Part shown: in pieces, positions 10,500 through 20,504 of the stretch
Layout: every line of letters starts with the position of its first letter
How positions within the stretch are numbered: position 1 is the first letter of the stretch
The notes under the pieces: model-generated
Told to the model about the DNA's origin: nothing
The model's input: only the letters and a program-made list of their open reading frames with translations
Databases searched by the model: none
Made by a program: the position numbers and the translations under genes
NCBI GenBank assembly: GCA_964619725.1
Contig: CAZUFC010000004.1
Location: 75,420 to 139,419, forward strand
Direction: 5' to 3'
Length of the DNA: 64,000 nt
From: an uncultured bacterium
Lineage (GTDB): Bacteria; CSSED10-310; CAZUFC01

Positions 10500-11519
10500 A
10501 TGATAAAAACCGCTATTATAGGATTGGGTCCCTGGGGATGTAATTATCTTAGAATATTCAGCAAATCATCTGCAGCCCGGTTGGTCGGCGTTGCTGATTT
10601 GCGCCCTGATCGTCTTGCCTGGGCCAGAGAAAATTATCCGGAAATTCCGGTTTATCAATCCAGCGATGATTTACTGGACAAGGAAAAAATTGATGCCGCC
10701 GTGATCTCTGTACAGGCTGAAGCTCATTATCCAATAATAAAAAAATCACTGGCGATGGGGCTGGATGTGCTTGCTGAAAAACCCATGACCATAAAAACGG
10801 AACAGGCGAGGGAGTTGTTGAATCTGGCTGAGGAGAAAAATTCCATTCTCATGGTCGGTCATACCTTCATGTTCAATGACGCTGTTCGCAAAATGAAAGA
10901 ATTTATTCAGAACGGAAGGATCGGAGATATTTATTACATGCATGCCGTAAGAACTCATCTCGGACCGATCAGAGAGGACGTCAATGCCGTTTGGGACCTG
11001 GCTGCTCATGATATTTCAATTTTTCATTACTTTCTGGATCATTTGCCGATAAGCGTGAGCGCTGTTGGAGAAGGTTTTCTGAAAAAGGAACGGGCGGATG
11101 TGGCCTTTATAACATTGAAGTATCCCGGGGGAGTCATTGGAAATATTCACGTCAGCTGGATCAATTCTAATAAAGTCCGTGAAGTCACTGTAGTGGGAAG
11201 CAAAGGTCGAATCGTCTTTGATGATTTGGATAATCTTGAAAAAATACGGATATTTGAGAAAGGAATATCAATCAATAAATCAGTGGACAATTTCGGCGAA
11301 TTTCAGTATTTGTTGAGAGACGGGGACATTGTGAGTCCCAAGCTGGAGCTGAAAGAACCCTTGAAGAATCAATGTTCAGAATTTATTCGAGCCGTTCAGA
11401 GCAGAAAGTCTCCTATTTCAGACGGTCGAATAGGGCTGATGGTGGTGGATGTGCTTCAGGCGGTCGAGGAATCGCTGAAAAACGACGGTTGCCCTGTTGC
11501 TCCGAGCGTAACGCGCTGA
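10500..11519 (+). CDS. Gfo/Idh/MocA oxidoreductase (nucleotide-sugar dehydrogenase-like)
   Basis: IIGLGPWG, EKPM and DLAAHD motifs; adjacent to the DegT-family aminotransferase. Confidence 0.9.
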   Translation: MIKTAIIGLGPWGCNYLRIFSKSSAARLVGVADLRPDRLAWARENYPEIPVYQSSDDLLDKEKIDAAVISVQAEAHYPIIKKSLAMGLDVLAEKPMTIKTEQARELLNLAEEKNSILMVGHTFMFNDAVRKMKEFIQNGRIGDIYYMHAVRTHLGPIREDVNAVWDLAAHDISIFHYFLDHLPISVSAVGEGFLKKERADVAFITLKYPGGVIGNIHVSWINSNKVREVTVVGSKGRIVFDDLDNLEKIRIFEKGISINKSVDNFGEFQYLLRDGDIVSPKLELKEPLKNQCSEFIRAVQSRKSPISDGRIGLMVVDVLQAVEESLKNDGCPVAPSVTR

Positions 11520-11522
11520 GGA

Positions 11523-12674
11523 ATGAAAGTAATGAGAGCCGAAAAAAGCGAATGGCCGGTTAATATTGACTGCCGGTGGTATATAGGAGAAAAGCCCTGC
11601 AGATTCCAAAGGCATTGTCGGGATTGCCCTCATTATTCGCCTATGGGCCTCAGGATAGTCATAATCAAATTCGGAGCGATGGGAGATGCATTAAGAACTA
11701 CGCCTATCCTCAGAGTAATCAGGGAAAAATATGATTCCGTGTATGTAACCTGGATTACCGATCAAATTTCTTCTCCCCTGCTTAAAAATAATCCTCTGAT
11801 CGACAGGCTGCTGGTTCATAATCTTGAGACCAGTTTGCTGATGCAGGTTGAAACTTTCGATAAATTGTACAATTTCGACAAGGTTCCTGCAGCGCTCGCT
11901 CTAGCTGAAATTATCAACGCGAAGGAAAAATTGGGATTTAAACTGAGTTCTGTCGGCACACTGGATATTTACAATCCCGATTCGGAGTATTCCTTGAGAT
12001 TGGGTATTGATGATCCGTTGAAGTTTTACCAAAATGAAAAGACCTATCAGGAAATAATCTTTGAAATGGCGGGGATGAATTATAATCGGGAGGAATACGT
12101 TTACGAATTATCGCAAGAGGATCGGCTTTACGCGGATGACTTCTTCAAAAGGCTTGGAATCTGTCCTGATGAGATGGTCATTGGGTTTAATACTGGATGC
12201 GGACCGGTTTTCGCTACGAAAAAATGGACGGAATCCGGCTTTATCGAGCTGGCTAAAATGATAAAAGAGGATTTTGACGTTAAAATACTGGTTCTGGGCG
12301 GACCGGATGAAGCTGAGAGGAACGAAAGAATCTCATCAGCCGTACCTGAGCTGGTCATCAATGCGGGAACGAATCATCCTATCAAAAAGTTTTCTGCCAT
12401 CGTGGAAAAATGTGATCTGCTCATTACCGGCGACACCGTAGCCATGCATTTGGCCATCGCATTAAAAACCGATGTTATCGGATTATTCGGTCCGACTTGT
12501 CCTCAGGAAATCGATCTTTATGGGAGAGGGGAGATACTTTTCACAGACTTCGAATGTGCTCCCTGTTATAAGAAAATATGTCATCATCACGTAAGTTGCA
12601 TGGAAAATTTAACGGCAGAACAGGTATACAAAGCTGTGTTGAGAAATCTTTCAGCCAGGCGAAGAATTCGATAG
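11523..12674 (+). CDS. Glycosyltransferase family 9 (heptosyltransferase-like)
   Basis: IKFGAMGDALRTTP, KKW, ITGDTVAMHLAIAL, LFGPT and C-terminal CAPC...C...CM. Confidence 0.9.
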   Translation: MKVMRAEKSEWPVNIDCRWYIGEKPCRFQRHCRDCPHYSPMGLRIVIIKFGAMGDALRTTPILRVIREKYDSVYVTWITDQISSPLLKNNPLIDRLLVHNLETSLLMQVETFDKLYNFDKVPAALALAEIINAKEKLGFKLSSVGTLDIYNPDSEYSLRLGIDDPLKFYQNEKTYQEIIFEMAGMNYNREEYVYELSQEDRLYADDFFKRLGICPDEMVIGFNTGCGPVFATKKWTESGFIELAKMIKEDFDVKILVLGGPDEAERNERISSAVPELVINAGTNHPIKKFSAIVEKCDLLITGDTVAMHLAIALKTDVIGLFGPTCPQEIDLYGRGEILFTDFECAPCYKKICHHHVSCMENLTAEQVYKAVLRNLSARRRIR

Positions 12675-14140
12675 TGAGAGATTTACCTGCAAACAACTGC
12701 CATAAATCAACTCATTCGGAATTTCTAAAACGTTACTATTCCAAAGTGATGGTATTGTTGCAGGTGATAATTGATTTTTCAGTATTTTTCATTTCTTTCT
12801 TTCTGGGCTATCATTTTTATCATCTCTTCGGCCTTTCTATAGGATTGGGGCAGGGTCCCCAACCTCTATCGCTTTATTTAAAATTATCCCTGATCGGCGC
12901 GTTTATCTTTCTGTTTATCTTCGAAAGATTCGGATTATACACTCTTCAATCCAGCATAATGAACATGGAGGAGATAAAGCGAATAATCAAGGCTGTGATA
13001 GTAGGAGCCATGCTTCTTTTCACGGTTCAGTTTTATTACCGCGACTGGACTTACTCTCGATTGATAATTTCTTACTCGCTGATTTTCCTGACGATCCTGA
13101 CGATTGCCGAAAGAGTGATCATATACAAATTGCAGCAGAAATCTTATGTGAAAGGGCGAGGCATACACAGGGTTCTTATTTACGGCGCGGGAGAAATCGG
13201 ACAGAGTTTAATGCGACGTTTGTATCAATCGCCTAAACTGGGAATGAAGGCGATCGGATTCATTGATGACGATCCTTCGAAGAAGAATATGGTCGTCAAC
13301 GGCATGAAGGGAAGCCCTGAGACGAGTTTGAAAGTTCTGGGCGATTATGATGATCTGTGCAGGATAATTCGCGATCATGAAATCGGCGAAGTTCTGATAG
13401 CAATGCCCTCAGCGTCGCCGAAAAAAATATATCAGATAATAAAAGTGTGTTCTGATCAGAAAGTGAAATTCAGTTTTGTACCTAACCTTTTTGATCTCAT
13501 GATTCAAAATGTGCAATTTGAAGAAATCGACGGAATACCGGTCCTTCGTTTAAAGGAAAGTCATACGAGTTACCTTTACAGAATCCTTAAGCGTACTTTC
13601 GATATTGTGTTTTCATGCACCATGCTGCTCCTGTTTTTGCCTTTTTTTCCCATTGTGGCGTATCTAATTGAGAAGGATTCGGAAGGTCCGATTTTCTTCA
13701 GACAAAAGCGTGTGGGAAAGGACGGAAAAATTTTCAACATCTACAAGCTGAGGACCATGAGATACGATTCGCCGAAATACATGAAGACTCCTGAAGACCC
13801 GAATGATCCCCGCATAACAAGGATAGGCCGTTTTCTGAGGAGATTCAGCATTGATGAAATCCCTCAATTCATCAACGTATTGAAAGGGGATATGAGCGTG
13901 GTGGGACCAAGGCCGGAAATGCCCTTTGTCGTTGAATCTTATAACGCTGCCCAGATGCAGCGACTGAAAGTGCGTCCGGGCATTACAGGAATCTGGCAGA
14001 TAAGCGCAGATCGGGCTTCACCGATACACGAAAATATCGATTATGACACTTATTACGCGGAAAACCAGTCCCTGCTGCTGGATTTCATCATAATCGTGTA
14101 TACGATCGTATCAGCCATTCGCGGCATTGGAGCGGTTTGA
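12674..14140 (+). CDS. Polyprenyl-phosphate sugar phosphotransferase (WcaJ/WbaP-like)
   Basis: Four N-terminal TM segments, Rossmann-like VLIYGAG, KRTFD, FRQKRVG, KLRTM, SIDEIPQ and VGPRPE. The start is probably the GTG overlapping the upstream TAG (ORF track gives 12578). Confidence 0.92.
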   Translation: MRDLPANNCHKSTHSEFLKRYYSKVMVLLQVIIDFSVFFISFFLGYHFYHLFGLSIGLGQGPQPLSLYLKLSLIGAFIFLFIFERFGLYTLQSSIMNMEEIKRIIKAVIVGAMLLFTVQFYYRDWTYSRLIISYSLIFLTILTIAERVIIYKLQQKSYVKGRGIHRVLIYGAGEIGQSLMRRLYQSPKLGMKAIGFIDDDPSKKNMVVNGMKGSPETSLKVLGDYDDLCRIIRDHEIGEVLIAMPSASPKKIYQIIKVCSDQKVKFSFVPNLFDLMIQNVQFEEIDGIPVLRLKESHTSYLYRILKRTFDIVFSCTMLLLFLPFFPIVAYLIEKDSEGPIFFRQKRVGKDGKIFNIYKLRTMRYDSPKYMKTPEDPNDPRITRIGRFLRRFSIDEIPQFINVLKGDMSVVGPRPEMPFVVESYNAAQMQRLKVRPGITGIWQISADRASPIHENIDYDTYYAENQSLLLDFIIIVYTIVSAIRGIGAV

Positions 14141-14214
14141 TACTAAAAAAGTTCTCGCTTGAATTAAACTTGTCGAACATTCAACGGCAAAGAAAAAACG
14201 ACGAAAGTATTGCA

Positions 14215-14718
14215 ATGGCAGTAAATCAACATTTAACAACAATAAAAACGGATTCGCCGGCCCATACTATAGACCTGGGTCGATTCATCGGTTCGAAACT
14301 CGACGCCGGAGATCTGATCGCTTTATTCGGTGATCTGGGCAGCGGGAAGACATGCCTGATCCGGGGAATTTGTTATGGATTGGAAATAAGTGATGAGGAA
14401 CATTTTTCGAGTCCCAGTTTTACTTTAATGAACAGATACGAAGGGCGTTTACCTATCTATCATTTTGACTTCTATCGACTTGCAGACGCGTCGGAAGTTT
14501 ACGATACGGGTATAGAAGATTTCTTCGACGGTGAAGGAGTCGTACTCATAGAGTGGGCGGATCGATGTCTTGAAATGCTGCCTGAAGAACGCCTGGAAAT
14601 ATCTATTGAATTTGGTTCCTCGGATGATAGCGAAACAAGAATCTTCAGATTAAATGTTAAACACGAATCCCACGCTCCAATAATAAGGGAATTGAGAGAT
14701 GTTTATTCTGGGAATTGA
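14215..14718 (+). CDS. tsaE: t6A biosynthesis ATPase TsaE
   Basis: LFGDLGSGKT, SPSFTL, YHFDFYRL, IEWAD. The ATG at 14215 is more plausible than 14137. Confidence 0.93.
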   Translation: MAVNQHLTTIKTDSPAHTIDLGRFIGSKLDAGDLIALFGDLGSGKTCLIRGICYGLEISDEEHFSSPSFTLMNRYEGRLPIYHFDFYRLADASEVYDTGIEDFFDGEGVVLIEWADRCLEMLPEERLEISIEFGSSDDSETRIFRLNVKHESHAPIIRELRDVYSGN

Positions 14719-15682
14719 AACCTCTTGCGACGATACCTCGGCTGCGGTCGTAGAAGACGGCCGGATAATAAAATCAAACGTCATCTCGAATCAGACGCTT
14801 TTTCACAAAGAATACGGCGGCATAGTGCCTGAAATAGCATCAAGAAAACATATAGAGAACATATTGCCTGTCGTATATGCCGCTTTGAAGGATGCAAAAG
14901 TCAGAGCGGAAGATTTATCAGCAGTCGCTGTTACCTTTAAACCAGGATTGATAGGGTCTTTGATCGTGGGAGTCGCTGCTGCAAAATCCCTCTCCTATGC
15001 CTGGAAATTGCCCTTGATAGGCATTAATCATCTTGAAGCTCACTTGTATGCCAATTTTTTCGAGAAACTCAAGTATCCCGAACAGCACCTGGCTTTGCTG
15101 GTTTCAGGAGGCCACACCATGTTGGTCCGAATAAATGATCAGGGGCAGTTCAGTATTGTGGGAGGAACGGTTGATGATGCTGCAGGAGAGGCTTTCGATA
15201 AGGCCGCAAAATTGCTTGGATTAGGATTTCCAGGCGGACCAATAATAGAATCGAAGGCAGCTAAAGGTGACCCGGAAAAAATAGTATTTCCTCAACCAAT
15301 GCGCGATAGCGGCGATTTCAACTTCAGTTTCAGCGGATTGAAAACAGCTCTGCGGAATTACCTTTTGAGGAATCCTGATTACGATTTGGTCGATGTCTGT
15401 GCAGGCTTTCAGAAAAGCGTTGTTGAAATATTAACCTTTAAAACTTTTAGAGCCGTTCGGGACCTTCATTTCAAAACAGCAGCCATCGCAGGCGGAGTGG
15501 CAGCTAACGGCGCTCTGCGGTCAGCATTTGAAAGAGAGGGAAAAATACGGGAATGCAGAGTAGTTTATCCGTCTCCAAAACTTTGCACGGATAATGCCGC
15601 AATGGTAGCCGGGCTGGCGTATCATAAACTTGCGGAAGGAATACGACATGATATGACCCTGAACGCTTATCCGTCATTTTAA
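14699..15682 (+). CDS. tsaD: t6A biosynthesis threonylcarbamoyltransferase TsaD
   Basis: ILGIETSCDDT, GGIVPEIASRKH, NHLEAH, VSGGHT, DDAAGEAFDK, FSFSGLKT, CTDNAAM. Confidence 0.97.
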   Translation: MFILGIETSCDDTSAAVVEDGRIIKSNVISNQTLFHKEYGGIVPEIASRKHIENILPVVYAALKDAKVRAEDLSAVAVTFKPGLIGSLIVGVAAAKSLSYAWKLPLIGINHLEAHLYANFFEKLKYPEQHLALLVSGGHTMLVRINDQGQFSIVGGTVDDAAGEAFDKAAKLLGLGFPGGPIIESKAAKGDPEKIVFPQPMRDSGDFNFSFSGLKTALRNYLLRNPDYDLVDVCAGFQKSVVEILTFKTFRAVRDLHFKTAAIAGGVAANGALRSAFEREGKIRECRVVYPSPKLCTDNAAMVAGLAYHKLAEGIRHDMTLNAYPSF

Positions 15683-15722
15683 ATTGAAGCATATCGTTAA
15701 TGCTGAATAAAAAACTTCTGCG

Positions 15723-17750
15723 ATGAAGATTATATTAAAATTGATGATTTTCTTTTCGCTAATTCTTTTCTATTCCGTATCCTCCTTTATTTCATTTGCT
15801 GAGGGCGTCTCATCATATCTGCCGGATGATCTTTACAAAATATCGGAGCTTTCTCAGGGAAAATCGAAAATTCGCGCAGGACAGGTTTCAAGTTTTGACC
15901 GCACGGGAGGAAATGATGATGGTTTCAGCGGGAAATATTCTTTTCTTCGAAGAGAAGGCGGAAAGTTGGTTTTAGCTGATCTGGAAGGTCCCGGCTGCAT
16001 CACCAGAATCTGGACGCCCACATTACTGGATAGAAACATCGAATTTTATTTTAACGAAGCTGAAGAGGCCGCTTTAATCATTCCATTCAGAAAACTGTTC
16101 GACGGTTCGTTTTTTCCTTTCATCTCTCCATCAGCGGAATCAGCATTGGGAGGTTACGTTTCTTATGTACCGATTCCGTTCAGCGAATCCTGCAAGGTTG
16201 CAATCGACAGCGAAAAAATGAATTTCTATCAGATAACGTATCATCAGTATGACGAACAACCCTTAGAATCATTTCCGTCGATTCCCGACGAAGAATACAG
16301 GAAGCATCATCAGATGTTTGAACTGAAAACTCTTTCTGCGATGAAAGGTGAATTCAGGCACGCTCGATCTGAAACGAGAGAGATTCCTCAAATGCTGCTG
16401 GCCCCGGGTCAGAAAGCGACATTGTGGGAATGCCACGGAGCTTATAAGATATTGAATATTGAACTGGAGTCGTCTGATTACGACGGCGGGGTATTGCGAG
16501 CTGTGATTTTGCGTATATTCTGGGACGGTTCGCCTTTGCCCGCAGTGGAAGTCCCGCTGGGTGACTTCTTCGGACAAGCTTTCGGCGAATCGGTTATTCA
16601 ATCATATGTTATTTCTTCAAAGCCCGGGTTCCGATGTTCTTTTCCCATGCCTTTTAAAAAGAAGGCCGTTTTTGAGTTGGATTACGAACAGAATTATCAT
16701 GATCAGTTCGACAAGTTACTGGTCCTGTCAGGTGAGGTAGCCGTTCAACCGATAAATCCTGAACAGATGAAAAATGAGAAATATTTCCATGCCGTCTGGA
16801 GGAGAGAGAATCCCACGACTAAGCATTTGCCTTATTCTATCCTCGATGTGGAAGGATCGGGGCATTTCGTCGGTTTTCAACTGCAGTGCACGGGGAAAAT
16901 ACCGGGATTATTGGAATATTTCGAGGGCGACGAACGTATTTTCGTCGACGGAGAATTAGCCATTCATGGAACTGGATCGGAAGATTGCTTTAACGGAGGT
17001 TGGTATAATATCACCGGGCGTTGGGATCATCAGCAGAATTTGCCTTTGTACGGCTGCACACGCTTCGATCTCAGCGCTTCGCAAACCGGCGCCTATAGAT
17101 GGTATATAGGCGATTTCGTCCCCTTCTCCAGGAGCTTTCGCATGGAAATCGAACACGGTCCCGTTAACAACAACATCTTAACGGATTATTGCTCAACCGC
17201 ATACTATTACGAAGCTTCTCCTGCTGGTAACGGCAAAAAAATACCTGGCCTGGATGAAAGATCAATCATGGCGCCTGATTTGTTGGTTTTCGAAGGAGAA
17301 CAATTGCCGATACCCCAATGGTCTTTCACAGGGCCCCCCGTCGACAAACCCGCGGTCGACAAAGAAAAATGGAGCCAGGCAAGATATTTGCGATTAAAAG
17401 GCGACGGCAAATGCCCCTTAGGTTATGAATACATTATGACCGTCGTTGAAATCGAAAAGGAAGACGATTATGAAGTCCAAATATTTTATGCTGCAGGACA
17501 GGAATTCGGTTCCGTGCAGCTCTTCCTCGACGGATTTGCCTTCGGCCCCAAAATAAACTGTTTCTCTGAAAAATTTCAAAGAAAAGGTCCCATTTCTTTG
17601 GGCATCAAACATTTTCAAAAAGGTAATCACATTTTTGAATTCAGAATCTTTTCAGAGAATAAAGAAATCGGGAAACATCACTTCGGTTTGGATAAAATAG
17701 AATTCAAACGTCTGCGCCACAGATTGCTGAACGATCCTAAGAAAAAATAA
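15723..17750 (+). CDS. Secreted DUF2961 (GH172-like) protein with a C-terminal beta-sandwich domain
   Basis: Signal peptide; SSFDRTGGNDDG, GPGCITRIW, PLGDFFG, FPMPF, EGDERIFVDG, HGTGSEDCFNGGW and IEHG are typical of DUF2961. Confidence 0.8.
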   Translation: MKIILKLMIFFSLILFYSVSSFISFAEGVSSYLPDDLYKISELSQGKSKIRAGQVSSFDRTGGNDDGFSGKYSFLRREGGKLVLADLEGPGCITRIWTPTLLDRNIEFYFNEAEEAALIIPFRKLFDGSFFPFISPSAESALGGYVSYVPIPFSESCKVAIDSEKMNFYQITYHQYDEQPLESFPSIPDEEYRKHHQMFELKTLSAMKGEFRHARSETREIPQMLLAPGQKATLWECHGAYKILNIELESSDYDGGVLRAVILRIFWDGSPLPAVEVPLGDFFGQAFGESVIQSYVISSKPGFRCSFPMPFKKKAVFELDYEQNYHDQFDKLLVLSGEVAVQPINPEQMKNEKYFHAVWRRENPTTKHLPYSILDVEGSGHFVGFQLQCTGKIPGLLEYFEGDERIFVDGELAIHGTGSEDCFNGGWYNITGRWDHQQNLPLYGCTRFDLSASQTGAYRWYIGDFVPFSRSFRMEIEHGPVNNNILTDYCSTAYYYEASPAGNGKKIPGLDERSIMAPDLLVFEGEQLPIPQWSFTGPPVDKPAVDKEKWSQARYLRLKGDGKCPLGYEYIMTVVEIEKEDDYEVQIFYAAGQEFGSVQLFLDGFAFGPKINCFSEKFQRKGPISLGIKHFQKGNHIFEFRIFSENKEIGKHHFGLDKIEFKRLRHRLLNDPKKK

Positions 17751-17804
17751 AATTCAGGCGACGGCCGAACTTCGAAATTCTGACTTTAATCGAACTGCCA
17801 GGCA

Positions 17805-19430
17805 TTAATCCGTTTTTCTGTGATAGACCGCAAAATCTTCTATGGCGGTAATTCGTTTATAATCAGACTCCAAATAATCATAAAGCTCCGGGAAATTTCG
17901 TAATTGCACTTCAGAGGTGAACAGTTCCAAATCATTCCTATCTCTCTTCAACACCAGAAAAAGCTCAGGCTTGTTCTTTTTTAATTCCTCGATGCATATC
18001 CGTCTTCGCTTTGTTTTGTTCCATTCGATTACCGAAAGGGGATAATCAAAAATGAACCGGGAGGCAGGTCGGCGGTCGCTTAGAGCATAAACAAGAGGTT
18101 CATATCCCCAGATGAAAATTTTTTCTGAATCCTGGACTTCCTTTTTGATATAATCAGCTACGAGCACATCAGCATAATAATTAAAATCATTGAGTCCCCA
18201 CCTGAATCGAGAATAAAAAATTTTTCGACTCAGTTCTCCTTTATAGTAGTCCCAATATCCCTGAGATTTGTAATATCTTGAATGAAATGCCGTATAAGGA
18301 ACCAAAGAGGCCGCAAATAAAGCGCAGAATAAATATTTCAGAAAAGACGAATAAGGTCTGCGGGTTAATTGCATTATCCAGTTTTGTCCGAGCGATGCCA
18401 TTATCGCCAGGGGTAAAACGATATTCTGGTAGTGATACAGCCAGAATTTTCTTTGAACGAATACGCTGCAAAGAACAGCGATCCACCATAACAGGGGGAT
18501 TGCTGCGTATCGTATGTCAACGGAACGCCTTCCGGCAACTAAACCGATGATTCCCAGTAAAGACAAAATGTAGAGAGGAAACAAATAGGGGAAAGCAAAC
18601 AGTATTCTCGGCCATAGTGGGAGCGTACCCATAGAAATTGACCCGGCGCTTGAATGATAAAGATTGAAAATTATCGTCGCTTCGACGAATTCGGACAGAA
18701 TGCCGGCAAAATAAAGTAATGGAAAAAAGAGCATCCAAAGAAAGGCACAACCAAAACAAAACCAGAAGAGGGATTTTAACTTGTTTGTTTTTCCATGAAT
18801 TGCTGCTGCAGCCATACAAACCGGAACGAGAAGGACGGCGGTGGTTTTTGCCGTAAGGGCCAGGCTGATGCATAATCCTGCCAGAAATTCATTGAAGTAA
18901 ATCCAATGGCCTTTTTCAACCCTGCGGGTTCTTCTTAAAATCAACAATAAGCTGCATAACATGAAAAAGTCGATTAGAATTTCAGCTTGCAGTCGATTCC
19001 AGTAGCCTCCGAAGGGTAGCCTGTTGAAAAATATCAGATAAAGGAAAAGAGCGAATAAAGAGAAAAAATGTTTCTTTATCGGACGCTTTTCGAAATCTTC
19101 GGCCGGATAAATCAGTCGCAGCAAGACGCCGCTCAACTTGTACAGCAAAATTCCATTGAGCAGAACGATGATTATTTCCATTATTGTTATTCCGATAAAA
19201 TCATGAAAGAACACTTGAGCGACCATGTAAACAAAATACACGCACGGAGGTTTATGATCCCAAATATCCTGGTAAGGTTTTTCACCATTAAGCATGCCTT
19301 CTGCGACCACCCAGAAAACTCCCTGATCTCTTCCAGGAGGTTCAATTAAATCCGGCATACGAATCAATACTCCGAACAACAGAATGACCATGAATATTAA
19401 ATTCAGTTTCAGATGTGATTTTTGGTTCAT
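17805..19430 (-). CDS. GT-C fold membrane glycosyltransferase (ArnT/PMT-like)
   Basis: Many TM helices; RDQG...PYQDIWDHKPP loop after the first TM; HY motif; IFIWG in the C-terminal domain. The start may be 19430 or 19484. Confidence 0.8.
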   Translation of the reverse strand: MNQKSHLKLNLIFMVILLFGVLIRMPDLIEPPGRDQGVFWVVAEGMLNGEKPYQDIWDHKPPCVYFVYMVAQVFFHDFIGITIMEIIIVLLNGILLYKLSGVLLRLIYPAEDFEKRPIKKHFFSLFALFLYLIFFNRLPFGGYWNRLQAEILIDFFMLCSLLLILRRTRRVEKGHWIYFNEFLAGLCISLALTAKTTAVLLVPVCMAAAAIHGKTNKLKSLFWFCFGCAFLWMLFFPLLYFAGILSEFVEATIIFNLYHSSAGSISMGTLPLWPRILFAFPYLFPLYILSLLGIIGLVAGRRSVDIRYAAIPLLWWIAVLCSVFVQRKFWLYHYQNIVLPLAIMASLGQNWIMQLTRRPYSSFLKYLFCALFAASLVPYTAFHSRYYKSQGYWDYYKGELSRKIFYSRFRWGLNDFNYYADVLVADYIKKEVQDSEKIFIWGYEPLVYALSDRRPASRFIFDYPLSVIEWNKTKRRRICIEELKKNKPELFLVLKRDRNDLELFTSEVQLRNFPELYDYLESDYKRITAIEDFAVYHRKTD

Positions 19431-19766
19431 ATCAGGATGTTCTGTTCTAATGGAATCATTCCGAATCCCTGCTGATCGGCGCATTCCCTCATTGGCACAA
19501 ATTCATAATAACAGTCCGGCTGTTTTTTTCAATCAAAAATGCTGTCATATTTTTCATGAGTTTCTATTGACAAACGGTGAGTTTTTCCAAAGCCGGCGTC
19601 AGCTTACTGTTTTTCTCCATTACCCTCTGAGTAATATGCCTTCCCGGCAAATTTCGGTTTTAAACTATAACTTTTTTCGATATATTAAAGGGGGAAACGC
19701 TGAATCGCTTTGTGGACGTATGCATTTCAGAAAAGTTTAAACTATCGCAACCAAAGGAGAAGCAAA

Positions 19767-20504
19767 TTGCTGATTTTAGCTGTCGATACGGCCACCCGTT
19801 GCAGCAGCGCAGCGCTGCTCGACGATGATCTGCCTTTAGCTGAAGAGACGGTCTTATCGGCTCACACACACTTGGCGAATTTAATGCCTTCAATAGACAG
19901 GCTTCTATCAAGAATTGACGCTGATATTAAAGATATTGATTTGTTCGCTGCTGCAGCAGGACCCGGCTCATTTACGGGGTTGAGAGTAGGAGTAACGACA
20001 ATAAAAACACTGTCCTTCAGTCTAAAGAAACCTGCTTTGGGAATATCCACGCTGGAGGGATTAGCATGTAATGTTCGCGAGCACGCGGGATTTATAGCGC
20101 CGATGATCGATGCAAGAAAAAAAGAAATATTTGCAGCTCTTTATCAATCGAACGGCAGAGAATTACGCCTGTCTGCAGGTCCTTTCGTAGAACCTGTTGA
20201 GAAATTCATCGCTCGAATCGAAAAACCGGCTCTTCTCGTCGGCAATGCAATAGATGCATATAAGCGCCGAATAGCCGATTGCGAATCCGATGCATTGACC
20301 TTAAGCGACAGAGATCGCAGCATACATCACGCTTCCAGTATAGGGCGCCTGGCATTTAAACGTTTTGAAGCAAAAAAAGAGGAAACTGTTTTTGAATGGA
20401 GTATGGAATATTCAAGTAATGTAAATCCCGTATATGTCAGACGGCCGGAAGCTGAAATCAATAGACTGAAAAGAAAAGAAAAAAATGAAAAAAACTCTTT
20501 ATAA
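19767..20504 (+). CDS. tsaB: t6A biosynthesis protein TsaB
   Basis: ILAVDTAT, GPGSFTGLRVG, IDARKKE, PVYVR. TTG start at 19767 after AAGGAG. Confidence 0.94.
   Translation: MLILAVDTATRCSSAALLDDDLPLAEETVLSAHTHLANLMPSIDRLLSRIDADIKDIDLFAAAAGPGSFTGLRVGVTTIKTLSFSLKKPALGISTLEGLACNVREHAGFIAPMIDARKKEIFAALYQSNGRELRLSAGPFVEPVEKFIARIEKPALLVGNAIDAYKRRIADCESDALTLSDRDRSIHHASSIGRLAFKRFEAKKEETVFEWSMEYSSNVNPVYVRRPEAEINRLKRKEKNEKNSL

Noticed and set aside
19493-19510. Sigma54 promoter TGGCAC
   Set aside because: No -12 TTGC element at the required spacing.
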